From contig NC_043017.1 of assembly GCF_006345805.1 (NCBI RefSeq), forward strand, positions 7,874,001 through 7,938,000: DNA of 64,000 bases, written 5' to 3'. This stretch comes from Octopus sinensis. Taxonomy: Eukaryota. Positions 26,364 through 40,476 of the stretch are shown piece by piece. Made by a program: the position numbers and the translations under genes. Each line of letters begins with the position of its first letter. Within the stretch, counting starts at the first letter, position 1. The notes beneath the pieces are model-generated. The model searched no databases and had not been told where the DNA came from. It saw nothing but the letters and a program-made list of their open reading frames with translations.

Positions 26364-27309
26364 GATATAGATAGATAGATAGATAGATAGATGTACATGT
26401 AGTGTGCTTGATGTATTTACAAGTAATGGAACAGAAGAAAAGCATTTGAATGTTTTATAAAAAAAGGTAATTTTTTTGAAAGGATTCACTCTTTCTCCTT
26501 TAAAAGTTAAGAGTTATCTAAAACATATGTTTTTAAAAAACAGATTCAAACTGACCTGATGGAAGATATGACATATATGTTTGGGCTCTCATCAGCTATG
26601 TAGTCATTAGCTCTTCAGATATGTGGTTCATAACATGCGTTTGAAGAGCACTGACACAAAAGTAATTTTATCTTCCATCAGGTTTATGTTAATTTGCCTT
26701 TTTAAAAACTTTTTAAAGAATAATTTTTAATTTTTAAAGACTTTTTCCATATATATATATATATATATATATTTGTGTGTGTGTGTGTGTATGTGTGTGT
26801 CCGTGTCCATATTTATATATACTGGTGCAAATCAACGTATATTTAAGTTCGTAAAAGGGAGATAATTTTCTGGTGAACTGAGTCATTGAACGAAATTGAT
26901 GAAATGAGGACCAGATTAAGTACTAGATTAACATAATTAACTAAAAGTCTTTGATGGTGGTGACCCAGTTTGGTTACAATTGGATAACTGAAACCAATAA
27001 AAAGAAAAGAATGAATATATGTGTGTGTGCATGCACACCACAAACACATGTACATACATACAAAACTTGTAGAAATTCTATTATAATTTTTTTCTTGGGA
27101 ATTGTAGGTTTCTGTCAACCAATGATTTCAGTTCAGAACCATTAACTTAGTGAATACCACTCTTATATAGTCTTGCTGTTGTTGTTGTTAGATATCTATG
27201 GTTAGGCTTGGTTAAACAGATGTGTTTAAATGAAAAGCAATAAGCATTTACTGCAGATAATGTTATTATGGACTCATTAATGGATTACCTCTCTTCAGTT
27301 CAGTTGTAC

Positions 27310-27580
27310 TGATGTTAGTGTGGTAATACATGTTAATTATTATGTCATTAGAGTAGTCGTGTATATTAATTGTTCTGTCATTAGAGTTGTTATGTATGTT
27401 GTTATGTCATCAGAATAGTGTATTCTAATTGGTATGTCATTGAAGTAGTTATGCATGTTAATTATGTTGTTAGAGTAGTGGTGTGTGTTATCATGTCATT
27501 AGATCAGTAATTTATATTAAATGTTAAATCATTAATATAAGGTGTTAATATATGTTAATTGTTCTGTGATGTTTGTAGTT
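27310..27580. repeat. Degenerate minisatellite, ~30-33-bp unit (atgttaattattatgtcattagagtagt)
   Basis: The core tgtcattagagtagt recurs. Confidence 0.7.
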
Positions 27581-30500
27581 TTTAAGAACAGTTCCTTGAG
27601 TGCAAAGTTATACATTTGTAAAATAGGGACAAAAGTTAAAAGAATTACTCCCTACTTAATGGCTGGTGCATAATAGACCAACAGCCCATAGAACAAAAGG
27701 TAAAAAAGTTGACCACAACAAGATTTTACGTTTGGAGGGTTGAAATTACGTAATATCATCCCCTATCTTGCTTTATGTGTAAATTTTTTGACAGGAAACA
27801 AAGCCAATTTGTGCCTAGTCTATGATGATAACATCAGCATATGATTTAGAACTTATTTGCTCCCAGAAGGAAAAGAAAAAGAAGTTGACTCCAGTAGGAT
27901 TTGAACTCAAACTGTTTAGTATTAATTTACATTAAAATTGGTGAATGATAGTGCTTGAAAGAGTGAACAACTGGTGAACAATTGGTTACAGGTTTTCAAT
28001 GAGTCAGTCACTGGTTAACTACACTTGTGAACTTGAGTCAAGGCACCTTAGTCCTCTGAGTGGTAAACAGGTTCCACATAATATGACAATTTGCTCCTTT
28101 AAGTAAGAGTGACAAAAGATTGTCTAACTCAGAACAAATATTACTTAGGGAATTTTTATTCAAAAGCCTAATGGTTTGGTTTCCTCTAACAATGCACTGC
28201 TATAAGAAAACACCATTGATTGCTAACAAGACATTAGATCCATATGCAAGTGTGGGAATAGAATTGTGTAATATTCATGCCATTCTTGATTCATATTAAT
28301 GATGTAACTAAAGTGGAAATGATTGCGATTGGAAGCTGAAAATACATAAAAAATTTAGTGGGGTTTGGCATTTACTCCATGACACACACCAGTAAATCTT
28401 GCTTAGCCATATATTAGCTCTGATTGAACAGATCTATGTTCATTGGTATTCTAGTTTTGACTATGCTTTTCTCCAGATGTCTCTGATGTTTTTTCCTGAT
28501 AGCTTGGATGTTTTTTTTTTCCAGTTATCTCAGATATTTAGAACTATATTCTCCAATGTATTCTTCCTTTTTTAAGGTGGTAGATTTGGTTGCTATTTTC
28601 AAGAGGTTTTGTGACTGTGTAGAAGTTCTTCTCTTGTTCATTTCACAAATCTTTCACCCACAAATTGAAAATATTTATAGATGTTTAGAAACAACCTATA
28701 GTTTATATGTTTGCTTCAGTCAGGTTTTAAACCTTACTGTCCACTCCTTGTTATATGTATGTATGTATGTATATATATATATATATGTATAAAGCATGCT
28801 TCATATAGAAAGGGTGGTAGAGTTGCAGAGTTGGTAAAACATCTGACAAAATGTTTTACAATATTTAGTTACATCCTTTTTTGTTTTTTAATGCACAAAG
28901 GTTGACTTTGTTTCTTCATCCATTCAGAGTTGTTAAAATGAAGTACCAGTCAACTACTGGGGAAGAGGTTTGATGTCATTGATTGTTCCCCTCACTAAAT
29001 CTAAATATGCCTACAGAAGAAATCAATACTCACACACGTGCGCACACACACACACACATGCAAATATATACTATATACATATATATATCTTGTGCCACCA
29101 TTAATGATTGTTAACCATAGTGCTGCTGTATCTCATTGCTGACATGACAAATTGACTTCAATTTAATGTATGATATCATTACATCTCAATGAGAGATTGT
29201 CTGATTTTGTTGACTTTTTGATAACAATAACAATAATAATAATAGAAATAATAATGTCGTCAGTTATTGCAGCAGCTTCAGAGTAACTGTTCTCTCAGCT
29301 TTCCAGATCAATAAACACGAGATATCTTAAATGACAGCTTTCATTGATATAGAAATTAACTCTTCAGTTTTATCAAATTGCATTGTTTCAATGTATTTCA
29401 AGAGATAACGACAACACAGAATGAAATGATAATTAGTCTGGAGTAGTTAAATAACTGCATATACAAAGAAAATGGAATTAGTTTTCAGTTGATTCTTTAA
29501 TAGTGTTAGCTTCAACATTGACCCTCCCACCTTACTAAAAACAACATTAAATGCTAGTTAATGTTTCTCACAATAATCATTATTAATAGTGTTAATTTAA
29601 AACATGACCCTCCCTTCCCTCCGATGGAAAACAGTAATAGTCTACGGATGAAATTCTTTCTGGATGAATTTGTTAAGTATCCCCTGAAAAAAAGTTTCAA
29701 TTATCGACAGAAGGATTGGTGGAGTGATGGGGTTACCCTCCTCACTATCATCCTCACAGATCACTGACTAAAGACACCACCAGCAGCTGCATCATAGTAT
29801 TACACTGTTTACCTGTCTACCACAATTCTACTTTCTCATAACAATATCTTCTTCCTAGTACTCTACAAGTGGCAGACCAGTATTGATCATTTCTGCAGAC
29901 CCCCTCCTCCTCCTCCTCCTCTCACTACATCAACTGGCAACCAGTCCTACATTACAAGGCTCTTTATAACTTGACCAAAACCAACCAATGAAAAGTTAAA
30001 TAATTCCATGCCATTTATTCTGTGAATCTGCGAATCTTTATTCTGTGAATCTACAACTGAGTTCTTTTGTTCATGTTGCCTGAAGTGTTGTACATGGCAA
30101 GAAATCCTGAGTAGTGTTAATTGTCAGCTTCTAACAAATACATGTGTGTGTGTGTGTGTGTGCATGCATGCACATGTGTGTGTGCATGCATGCACATGTG
30201 TGTGTACATGCTTGCATATGTGTGTGTGCATCTACATGTGTGCATGTGTGTATATGCATATGTTTGTTTATTCAACATCTGTTGCATACAAGCACAGGAA
30301 GTTGGACAGGGATTTATTTGAGGTACTATTTTACACCTGGATGGTCTTCCTTTTGCCAATCCTCACCTGGTTTTAAGTAAGATAATATTTCCCATGATCA
30401 GACATGGTTTAGCAGAATATTGGAAATGAATGACACTGCTTGTATGACAGTGATGCTCATTTACAACTATCATGCAATGTCAAAACAAATTCAAACACAC

Positions 30501-32076
30501 ATACACACACACATTTTTTTGATGGGGTTTCTTTCAGTTTCTGTTTACCAAAGACACTTGCTCAAAGTTCCCCACAGTTGAACCATGGGCAAGTGGTTGA
30601 GAAACAAGGTTCTCAGTGACACAGTCATGCATATATATATTTATTATACATATATGTGTGTATGTGTATCTGGTTTGCTACAGATTCTGTCTGCCAAATT
30701 CTCTCACAAGTATTGGCCAGAGCTGCAGTAGAATATCTTTGCTCAATGTGCTGCAGTGTGGGATTGAACCTGAATCCACATTTGGGAAGTGAACTCTTAA
30801 CCACTGAGCCATGCCTGCACCCCAGTGTGTGGGGCATTGAAAATATGTCTTTTACTATAGGCTGGGGTTGAGCAATGCCTTGTGAGTGAATTTAGTTGTC
30901 AGAGACTGTCCAGAGGTCTGTTCCATGTGTGTGTGTGTCTGTGTGTGGATTTGTTTATGTCTTCAGAACTTATAAGTTCAGCAAAGAGAGAGCTACAGAT
31001 TAAGTTGGGACTGGGATCAAATTGATTGACTAAACCCTTGAAGGCAGTGCCTTAGTTTGGTCATATTCCACTGAGCGAAACCAAAGAATAGAAAAATAGC
31101 ATAAATATATGCATATCTATATACTAATGAATTTATTTAATTGCATAGCATCACTAATTGAAACTCCTATGAAATTATCTTGGGTATTATTAAGTTCACA
31201 TTATAAGTGATAAATTACAATATTTCTATTCATAAGTTATTATGGGTATGTTACACACGTATAGGTTATACAATAAAACAAATATAAAATGCTTTTTTTT
31301 CGTTTCCTTTTTCACTTAGAGGACAATTTGTCCATATGATAATTTACTTATACTCCATCCTGTCCATGCTAACTATTTCATTGATGTATGTGCATGACAT
31401 TTGTTGACTTGACCCTTTTCATATTTTCCAATTCTCTTTGATATTCTTAATTTATCTGAGCTAAAACAGATTCATATATCTTAGCATCAACTGTCAAATC
31501 ATTTTACTCATTATTCTATAAGGCAATAACTCTGTACACATCATAATTTTCTGATGTTGTAGCAAGTCCAAGTTATATTTTTTAAATTAATATGCATCTG
31601 TATAGTAAATCATATTGCAAACATTTAACTTGTCCCATAAAACGGTCTTTTCAGTTCCTTGTAGTATTCTTCAGTTATCTTAGCCAGACATATGTATTCC
31701 AGACAATGACTTTCATATACTTTGAATTACTCAATAATTGGGCATAAGGGAGTTAACAAAACAACTATGGATAAATGGGTTAATAACTGGGGACAAGTGG
31801 GTTAACACTAATCATTGTCAATCACAGTCTAATATAGTTGATAATGAAAACATCAAAATAATGTTTATTCTGTATTTTATTAAAAACTATCTTTTTCAAA
31901 TTTTATCCACAATGAAGATTTATTAAATGAAGAAAACTATTACACACAAAAAAAAAAACAAGACAATTATTGCAGAATCTGAGCTTTAATAGTCATTGAA
32001 AAATAGTAGGAATAACTTAAAAACACATTTGACTCTTTTGATATTAGTTCTTTGTTAAACAATTGCTGTCATTTAA

Positions 32077-32280
32077 CCCTTTTGATATCAGCCTATCTGA
32101 GACTACCTCTGTTTCTGTGATACAAACTTCCTAATTAAAACTTTCCATTAAAATTTCATGTTAATTTCTGTTCCAAACACCAGCTTAATGACAAAGTTAT
32201 TTTACTAAATTCTTGATTATTTTCAAAATTAATTGAAACAAAGGTAGTGTATTTTCAACAGAAATATGGTAACAGTAGGG
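32077..32280. mobile_element. piggyBac-type MITE (TTAA target, CCCT...AGGG termini)
   Basis: TTAA at 32073-32076 and 32281-32284; imperfect 14-bp TIRs CCCTTTTGATATCA and TGGTAACAGTAGGG. Confidence 0.75.
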
Positions 32281-32589
32281 TTAAATTCATCACAAAAACA
32301 GAAACTTTCAGAATCACTTTATTGATATAAAATCAATTATTTAATTTTATGTCACATTGTGCCAATTCTTTATGCAAAATCTAAAAAGAAGAAAAAAAAA
32401 GAAAGAAAACCTTATGCAAGTAACCAAAATTGACTTTATTTTGCATGTGCAATTAAACAGTCAATTTTACATAGATTTGATTTTAAATGCTTTAGTGTTT
32501 TTAAAAGTTATGCAATTAACCAATTTATACAATTAAATGGAATCAACTGTATACTTGCATGTATGTGTGTGTGTGTGTACTGCTCATAT

Positions 32590-32632
32590 AGCTATTATTC
32601 ATATATATACATAATTATATATATATATATAT

Positions 32633-32665
<33 letters not shown>

Positions 32666-32742
32666 GTATATATATATGTATATATATATATATGTATATA
32701 TATATATAATATAATATGTATATATATATGTATATATAATAG

Positions 32743-32777
<35 letters not shown>

Positions 32778-32782
32778 TATGT
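32590..32782. repeat. Compound (TA)n microsatellite
   Basis: Read directly from the sequence. Confidence 0.95.
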
Positions 32783-33935
32783 ATCATCATCATCATTTAA
32801 CGTCCGCTTTCCATGCTAGCATGGGTTGGACGGTTCAACTGGGTCTGGGGAGCCCGAAAGCTGCACCAGTCCAGTCAGATCTGGCAGTGTTTCTACAGCT
32901 GGATACCTTCCTAACGCCAACCATCCGAGAGTGTAGTGGGTGATTTATGTGCCACCGACACAGGTGCCAGACGAGGCTGGCAAACGGCCACGCTCGGATG
33001 GTGTTTTTTATGTGCCACCGACACAGGTGCAGACGAGGCTGGCAGACGGCCACGCTCGGATGGTGTTTTTTATGTGCCACCGACACAGGTGCCAGACGAG
33101 GCTGGCAGACGGCCACGCTCAGATGGTGTTTTTTATGTGCCACCGACACAGGTGCCAGATGAGGCTGGCAACGGCCACAATCGGATGGTGCTTGTTACGT
33201 GCCACAGCACGGAGGCCAGTCGATGCGGTACTGGCTACGGCCACGTTCGGATGGTTTTTGTGTGCCACGTGCCACCGGCACTGGTACCACAAAGATACAA
33301 ATTCCATTGATGTTATCTATTTGATTTGTTTTGATTTTCACTTGTCTCAACAGGTCTTCACAAGTGTCACAAGAAGGAAGTATGCACAGGTGGACTGACT
33401 ACGTCCCAGGTAGGGGCCATGGGTTATGGCCTGACTAGTCTTGCCGGGTTTCGGATGGGTTGTTTTATGTGCCACCGACACAGGTGCTAGATGAGGCTGG
33501 CGAACGCCACGATCGGATGGTGTGTTCATGTGCCCACCGCACTGACTACGGCACTGATGGATTTCTTGTGTGCCACAGGCACTGGTACCACAAGATACAA
33601 ATTCCATTGATGTTCATCTATTTTGTCTATTTTGATTTGATTTGATTTTCACTTGCCTCAACCGGTCTTCACAAGTGTACAAGAAGGAAGGTATGCACAG
33701 GCGGACTGACTAGTCTTGCCGGGTCTTCGGAAGGTGTTTTTTATGTGCCACCGACACAGGTGCCAGATGAGGCTGGCGAACGGCCATGATCGGATGGTGT
33801 TTGTACGTGCCCACAGCACGGAGGCCGGTCGATGCGGAACTGGCTACGGCCACGTTCGGATGGTTCTCTGTGTGCCACCGGCACTGGTACACAAAGTGGT
33901 GCCACCGGCACTGGCACCACAAAGATACAGATTCC
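32783..33935 (-). mobile_element. Young CpG-rich family B element with an internal ~63-bp tandem array and a larger ~300-bp higher-order repeat, embedded in (TA)n
   Basis: The unit tttatgtgccaccgacacaggtgccagacgaggctggc..cggccacgctcggatggtg repeats at ~32944, 33007, 33069 and 33132. A longer block recurs from ~33132, ~33464 and ~33740. Confidence 0.8.
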
Positions 33936-33963
33936 ATATATATATATATATTCCGTATATTAG

Positions 33964-34032
<69 letters not shown>

Positions 34033-36094
34033 ACAAACTGAGTCATGTAGAGAAATAATGTGAATAATGGGGTCAGTTCATTCAACTAAAAAAAATTCTT
34101 TAAGTGGTGCCCCAGCATGGCTGCAGTCTAATGACTGAAATAAGTGGAAGATAAAAGATTGGTCAGCTGTTCAAAATCAGCCTGTTGCAACAAAGTTTCA
34201 CCTTTTAGTCAGTGGTCAAGCAGCAGTACCATACTTTTACATCCATAGTGCGTCATCAAAGGTTTAAAACTAGATTCTGTCACTTAATTAGGTAGAACAG
34301 TGAGTTTCGTAGAGAAATTCTGTAATTAATTTAATTGAATTTCAGTTGAAGTATTACTGGTATGTATTCTATCAACATGAAGAGATGCAAATGAGTAGAG
34401 AGTAAAGTCAATTCTACTGGAGTTTCAACTCAGAATGTAGTAAAACTAGATTGAATAATACTGTTAGCTAGTTTGGTGTCCTACCGATGTCTGCTACTCA
34501 ATTGTACTTTTTTTTTATAGACAGTTATATATAACATATGATTTAGAAACCGATGGTATAATTAATTCTGAATATTATCACTTCAAACACCAGTTATATA
34601 TTTCTATTGGCACTGATGAAAAGAAAGCAAGCAATAATAATTTATTATAGAATCCTCAATCCAGTTCTACACAAGCCAGTTAGATTTTCACTAGAGAATA
34701 TTGGCAAGACCTATTTTTTTCCCAATAAGTTTAGTTTTCACAGTATTCCACAACAATGAATCTAGCGACAAGTTCATGATAAAATAACTGTGATCTAATT
34801 AATTTTCTCCCTATGTTAATATCAGTGAGACTGGCTCTATATTGATTTCTGATATAGACACGAGGGAATGGGTAGAGTTGATTAGATTGATTTCCCCTTC
34901 TCCTCACTATATGCAATTGTTACTTATGTTATTGACCCAGGAAGGATGAAAGGCAAAGTTGACCTTGTGTAATTTGAACTCTGGATATAAAACTACTACA
35001 CAAATAAATATCACAAGGTATCTTGTCTGTCACCTCTGCTGGTTCTGATGATGCACCTCTATATTTATATTTAAGTTTATGGCTATCTAAGCTTCCTTTT
35101 TTTTTACTGCTAATATTGGAAAGGGATTTCTTGTTCCTTTTTAATGCCTTGTTGTGTCCATGGTTGAGACACCTAGTTTTCAAATTCTGCAAATTTATAG
35201 AATTTGAAAACTAGGTGTGATATGTTGCAGTTCTATATGCAGTGAGAGAGTTTAAGTTAAGGCCTTTATAATTCATGTGTATTCATTAGCTTGTAGTGTC
35301 CTACCAACAATTTATATTTCTAACACTTGTAAATTTGAATGGAGGGTATAGTTGATTAAATTGATCCCCAATACTTGACTAGTATTTGATATTTGCAACC
35401 ATAGAAAGATGAAAGACAAAATTGGAATTCAGAATTGGAACGCAGAATGTAAAGGAACATAATTAAAACACAGCTAACATTTTGCCCAAAGCTGTAACTA
35501 TTTTGCCAATCTATCACTTGAGTTCAAATATTACCACTAATGTAGATTCACAGTGATTTATTCTACATTGTCTTAGTTCACCTGGGATGTCTGAGGTAAG
35601 TAATAGATTGTCTGAGAAATTTTAGTTACGATATGCTGATGACATGACCAAAAGGAGTTTTATGATTTTATTTTATCTCTCACCTGCTTAAGAAGCAGCT
35701 ACATTTTACGACAAATAAGCAAGGATTGATGAGGAATGTGTTTTTGCAAGCTAACTACCCTTAATGTACTACATATTACTAGATACACTTACTCAGAAGT
35801 TATTGTATTTTGATACTACATGTACCTAGCAGAGATCTTACTTTTGATTTCTACATCTGGTGCTCTTGCATTTGAACACATGCTCATTCATACTCCCTCA
35901 CACATGTGCACTTTCACACATGCAAACATTTGTATGCATACAATCTAACACACATGCACTCTTGCTCACATATCCACCTACCACACATATACTTTCTAGT
36001 CAATTATAATTTTCATTTTGGTTGAAATTTAGCTTATTAATTATATTTACACACTTGATTTTACCTTTCATATTTCTGAGAGTTAGTATAATTG

Positions 36095-36295
36095 ACCATA
36101 CCAATCATGTACTTGAAGATGGTAGATATAAGTGACTATTTTAGTCATGAACTGAAGATGGGAGATATAAGTAACAATACCAGTTATGACTGCAAATGGT
36201 TGATATAATTGACTATATTAGTCATATACAGGGATAGTAGATATAAGTGACTATACCAGTTATGTACTACTTAGGAATCATATAATTGACTGTTA
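36095..36295. repeat. Degenerate tandem repeat, ~39-bp unit (gaagatggtagatataagtgactattttagtcatgaact) x~5
   Basis: gatataagtgacta-like cores recur at ~39-bp spacing. Confidence 0.75.
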
Positions 36296-36604
36296 TTCTT
36301 TGCATGTAAGTTACAAATTATCATTACAGAGTAAGTCAGTAAGTAAAGAAAAATATTACAAAAAGCCTTTATTTTTTAGGGGGACAGGTTGTATGGTGGA
36401 GATATTGAGCTGATCTGGTTGCAGAAGAATGCTGACTATAATCCCATATTCCATACATTCACAAGCCATATGCCCACTCTCAAAAGACCATATTCTTTTG
36501 GGAATTTCATGGTGGTGGTGGTGACCTGCCCTGTTTGCTGTCAGATTTTGAATATTATCCAAACTAGTAAACAAAGAGTCTCTCTGCACTCCTCTAAATG
36601 TAAT

Positions 36605-37990
36605 AAATGTGTTTATTGTATATAGTGTTCTGGTGCACTACAGCTCTTTAAAAAAGAGGGATGGAAGTCAGTAATAAGTCAAGTAAAAAAAAAAAGATTA
36701 ACGATAGCCAAAATACACAGGATAAGACACAAGATAGAAAACTAAACAATTAGAGAGCCATGAAGAGGAAAAAGTATACAGGCATGTCAGGAGTGCTGTT
36801 GGTGAATTTTGGGAAGCATTGATTTTCTGAAGGATACAGTGTTTTGACAGAACAATTGATGTGGGTTGTTTATTCTATGCTTTGACAAGCCTGAGTGTGA
36901 AAAGAAAGTTATCAAATGACATGGTTGCTATACTGTTTTTAGATTTTATAATCATGTTCATGTATGGTAGCAAAATTGATTTTGAAACGGTGGCCAAAAC
37001 TGTTGTGGTAAAAATGGTGGATAATCTTGTGAGCCTTTACCAAGTCAGCTGTTATATATTGAAGCTTTAGTATGTCGATGTCCAGAGAAGCAAGATGTTC
37101 AAGATATGATAAGTGATTGATGGATGGTATTTGTCTTGTTGCACATCTCTGGACAGCATCCATGAGATCAATATTCTGGACAAGATATTCCAAATTCTGG
37201 GTATTTCCTCTCATAGTGTGTAGAGATGCATTTGCCTATAGCCAATAAGCTATTGCTGCAATGTGGCCAGGTCAGATTGCAGGAAAGATCTATAGCATAT
37301 AGAATCTTTTTTATCTGAAATTACAGTTTAATGTTATCTGCATATTTTAACACAGCAACATGCATCTGTTTCTTTAATATATGCAACAATCAACAGGATG
37401 AAGAACAGATCTTCGTAGAACTTCAAATATTATCACATAGGGTGAAGAATGTTGTTCTAGTCTCATGGCTATCTCTTTTCAACTGAGAATGCAGAATGTC
37501 AATCAGTTATAAAGGTTAGTTTACTGCAGAGAGCTTCATTATAGGTTGTTTGTGTGTCACTAAATTAAAAGTTTTGGTGAAGTAAAGACAGATAACATCC
37601 ATCCAAGAGCTACCATTTAATTTGGTTGAAGTTTACTTTGAGGCCTCTAAATTCCAGATTTTGCATCCATGTTTGGAATTTCTTTATTAAATCTTAAGAT
37701 TCAGCTATAATATATTATAGGAATACCTATGGACAGCTAGTTTTAAATGCCACTGTTATAGCTTGAAAAACTGAAATAAAACAGCAGAGGACTTACAATG
37801 AACTCTGATGAGCACTTGTCTCTACACTTAATTTTTTGCTGAGCTCATTACTAACCCTCAGTTTGCTTATGTCTCTGTACAGCTCTCATAAGCCAGTTAG
37901 CTTAGTTGCTGAACACTAGACTACAGAAGAAGGTGCTCTGCTAAACATTTTCGCCAGGTCAAGAAGTACTAGGTATGATAGTTGGTCAAT
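36605..37990 (-). mobile_element. 5'-truncated degenerate CR1/L2-group LINE (RT and C-terminal region)
   Basis: Minus strand gives LVLLDLAKMFS (DxxKAFD-like), then QNIDLMDAVQRCATRQIPSINHLSYLEHLASLDI..DLVKAHKII..HEHDYKI, matching the CR1 C-terminal pattern LExVQRRAT..LSYxERL..DLI..KI..RGH..K. Confidence 0.8.
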
Positions 37991-38004
37991 GAACACACAT
38001 ATAC

Positions 38005-39005
38005 AGGTGTAGGTGTGTGGTAAGAAACTTGCTTCTCAACCACATGGTTCCAGGTTTAGTTGCACTGCATGGCAACTTGGGTAAGTGCCTTCTCCTATAG
38101 CCTTGGGCCAACCAAAGCCTTATGAGTGGATTTGGTAGATGGAAACTGAAAGAAGCCTGTCATATATAGATATATATATGTATATCAGAGGTGACTCCAG
38201 GTCATCAGCATCACTTGGGCTCATTACAGATTTTGCATAAGACACATGCCTGCTTGAAAATTTTCATGTTTTCCCTTAATATTTCTAACTCCAAATGGCT
38301 TATTTTTTATATCTAGCACTATGTATTTCTCCATTTGTAAGTTAAAGGTAAAAATAAAGCATCCTTGCAAAACACAACTGATCCTTACACACAAGTGCAC
38401 AGATTAACAGCAATCAAATAATCACAGTAGAGTGTACAACAAACATCAGTGATCTGACTGTCGCCTGTACTCTTGACAAGAGATGCCAGTTAGTCTTTTA
38501 CTCCCACCAGGCTTGTCAGGCACGTGTGAACGATGTCAAGAGAACGTCTGCTACAAATGATATTTTTTGACACAGGGCACCTATAAAATGACCACCAGAC
38601 ACTGAACAAAAATAAATGAGCTGCAACCAAGCTCAATTATAGGAGCCCTGAGTTATTGGCTGCTATTACATACTTGAAGTCAGTATTGGCAGAAATTAAA
38701 TCAGCTTGCAAATACATGTTCACACTTTACTAAATTTATACTCGGGCTAAGCATACAGCCTGAGTGCAGGAGTCACCACTGATGTATATGTATATTTATG
38801 TGTATCTCTGTGTCTGTGTTTGTCCCCTGTCCTACCACTTGACAACTGATGTTGGTGTGTTTATGTTTCCATAATTTGGCAGTTTTGCAAAAGAGACTGA
38901 TAGAATAAGTACTAGGCTTCCAAAGAATGTCTTGGGGTCAATTTCTTCAACTAAAACCCTTTAAGGCAGTGCTCCAGCATGGCTGCAGTCAAATGACTGA
39001 AACAT
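38005..39005 (+). mobile_element. SINE family A copy split by a hAT MITE
   Basis: The 5' half (38005-38165) and 3' half (38800-39005) align with 4527-4910. Confidence 0.85.
38186..38781. mobile_element. Non-autonomous hAT element (596 bp) with 8-bp TSD ATGTATAT
   Basis: TIRs CAGAGGTGACTCC and GGAGTCACCACTG match at 12 of 13 positions; atgtatat at 38178-38185 and 38782-38789. Confidence 0.88.
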
Positions 39006-39572
39006 GCAATAGTGTAAAATATGTATGTATGTATGCATCATCATCATCATCATCATCATTTAGCATTTGCTTTCCATGCTGGCATGGGTTAAACAGTTTG
39101 ACTGGAACTGGTAAGCCAGAGAGTTGCACCAAGTTCCAGTTTGATTTGGCATGGTTCCTGCAGCTGGATGCTGTTCCTAATGCCATATATATATATATAC
39201 ACATATACATTTGCCCATTATTTCGTAGGCACTGCTGTGCCATTTGTTTAGAATATGATTTACCACATTTAGGAACTGTGATTCTCTGTCAATGTTAACT
39301 GAAGTTTTATTTTGACTGAAATAATTAAGCTCGGTTGACGAGTTTTATTTATTTGTTTATTTTTCAAAAAAATTTCTTTCTATCAAACTGTCAGAAAATA
39401 TTCTTGTTGGATGCATTTTTCTGAAAGTCATTAAATAAAATCCTTCCATTAGATTACTAAATACAATGATAAAACAAAACAAAATAAAATGGAATTTTAG
39501 CCTTAATTTTTATTATTTTATTACAGTTTGCTTTTTATCAGATACCAATGAAGAAAGTCTGGGGTGTGTGTG

Positions 39573-39604
<32 letters not shown>

Positions 39605-40476
39605 ATACTACTACTACTACATACTTCATTGCTACATCACTGCAAAAAGTATCTTATTTGTTACAAGAGTTTTTATTTATTTATTCGTTTTTTTTTGTTT
39701 TTTTTTTTTACTTTAACTATTTAATAATTCAAAGCTTGTAAAAGTGTTGAAAAATTCTGAGGAAAAGATTAAAAAAAATAACCCAGCAAAAATGACAATA
39801 AATGAGTAATATTGTTTGGAAATTTAAGAGAAGGTTAAAAGCAGTGATGCTATGAATGCTGTCAGAAGTGTTAGATTTGAATCTCTTTTTTCTTGTTTTT
39901 TTTTTTTTATATTTAAATATGTACTATTTAATTCAACAACAACAACAATAGATAAAATTCTTTAGCAGTTATGTAACTGAGAAATAAATTCTGAAGATCT
40001 CTAAGATAATTTTAATTATTTACTCATGTAATATTTTGTGTTTGATAAAGATGATCACAGATATAATCCTGTATGTGTTAGCGTCTGCTTGTGGTGTGTG
40101 TGCGTATAAATAAATCAGTTTTATACAGATAAGAGTAGATAGATCTCCTTTTCCAGCTATACACACACACACACACACGCACACATATATATATGTTATT
40201 AGTTAAAGCAACAAAGTGCAAGGAAATAAATAATTTGGTTGTGTAACATGAGACTATGACACCTTACATCTAGTGAATATTGTTATACATGTTCACCTCT
40301 CACCCCACTTACAAGCAGGAATAGGAAGACCATAAAGAAGGTAGTTGAGCAGCTCTACCTTTGTGTTTTCATATAGATACACACACACACACACACACAT
40401 GTATGTATATCTGTATGTATGTATATTCTTTTATTCTTTAAGTCATTTGACACTGCAGCTATGCTGGAACACAGCC

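Noticed and set aside
31120-32552. Possible Tigger/pogo-like element with decayed TIRs and TA ends
   Set aside because: The left TIR is poor and I found no recognisable transposase motif.
32835-33398. Overlapping repetitive 100-150 aa ORFs with CRISPR-like periodicity
   Set aside because: The whole ~63-bp unit repeats with no unique spacers and no cas genes nearby; it is a tandem array inside a retroposon.
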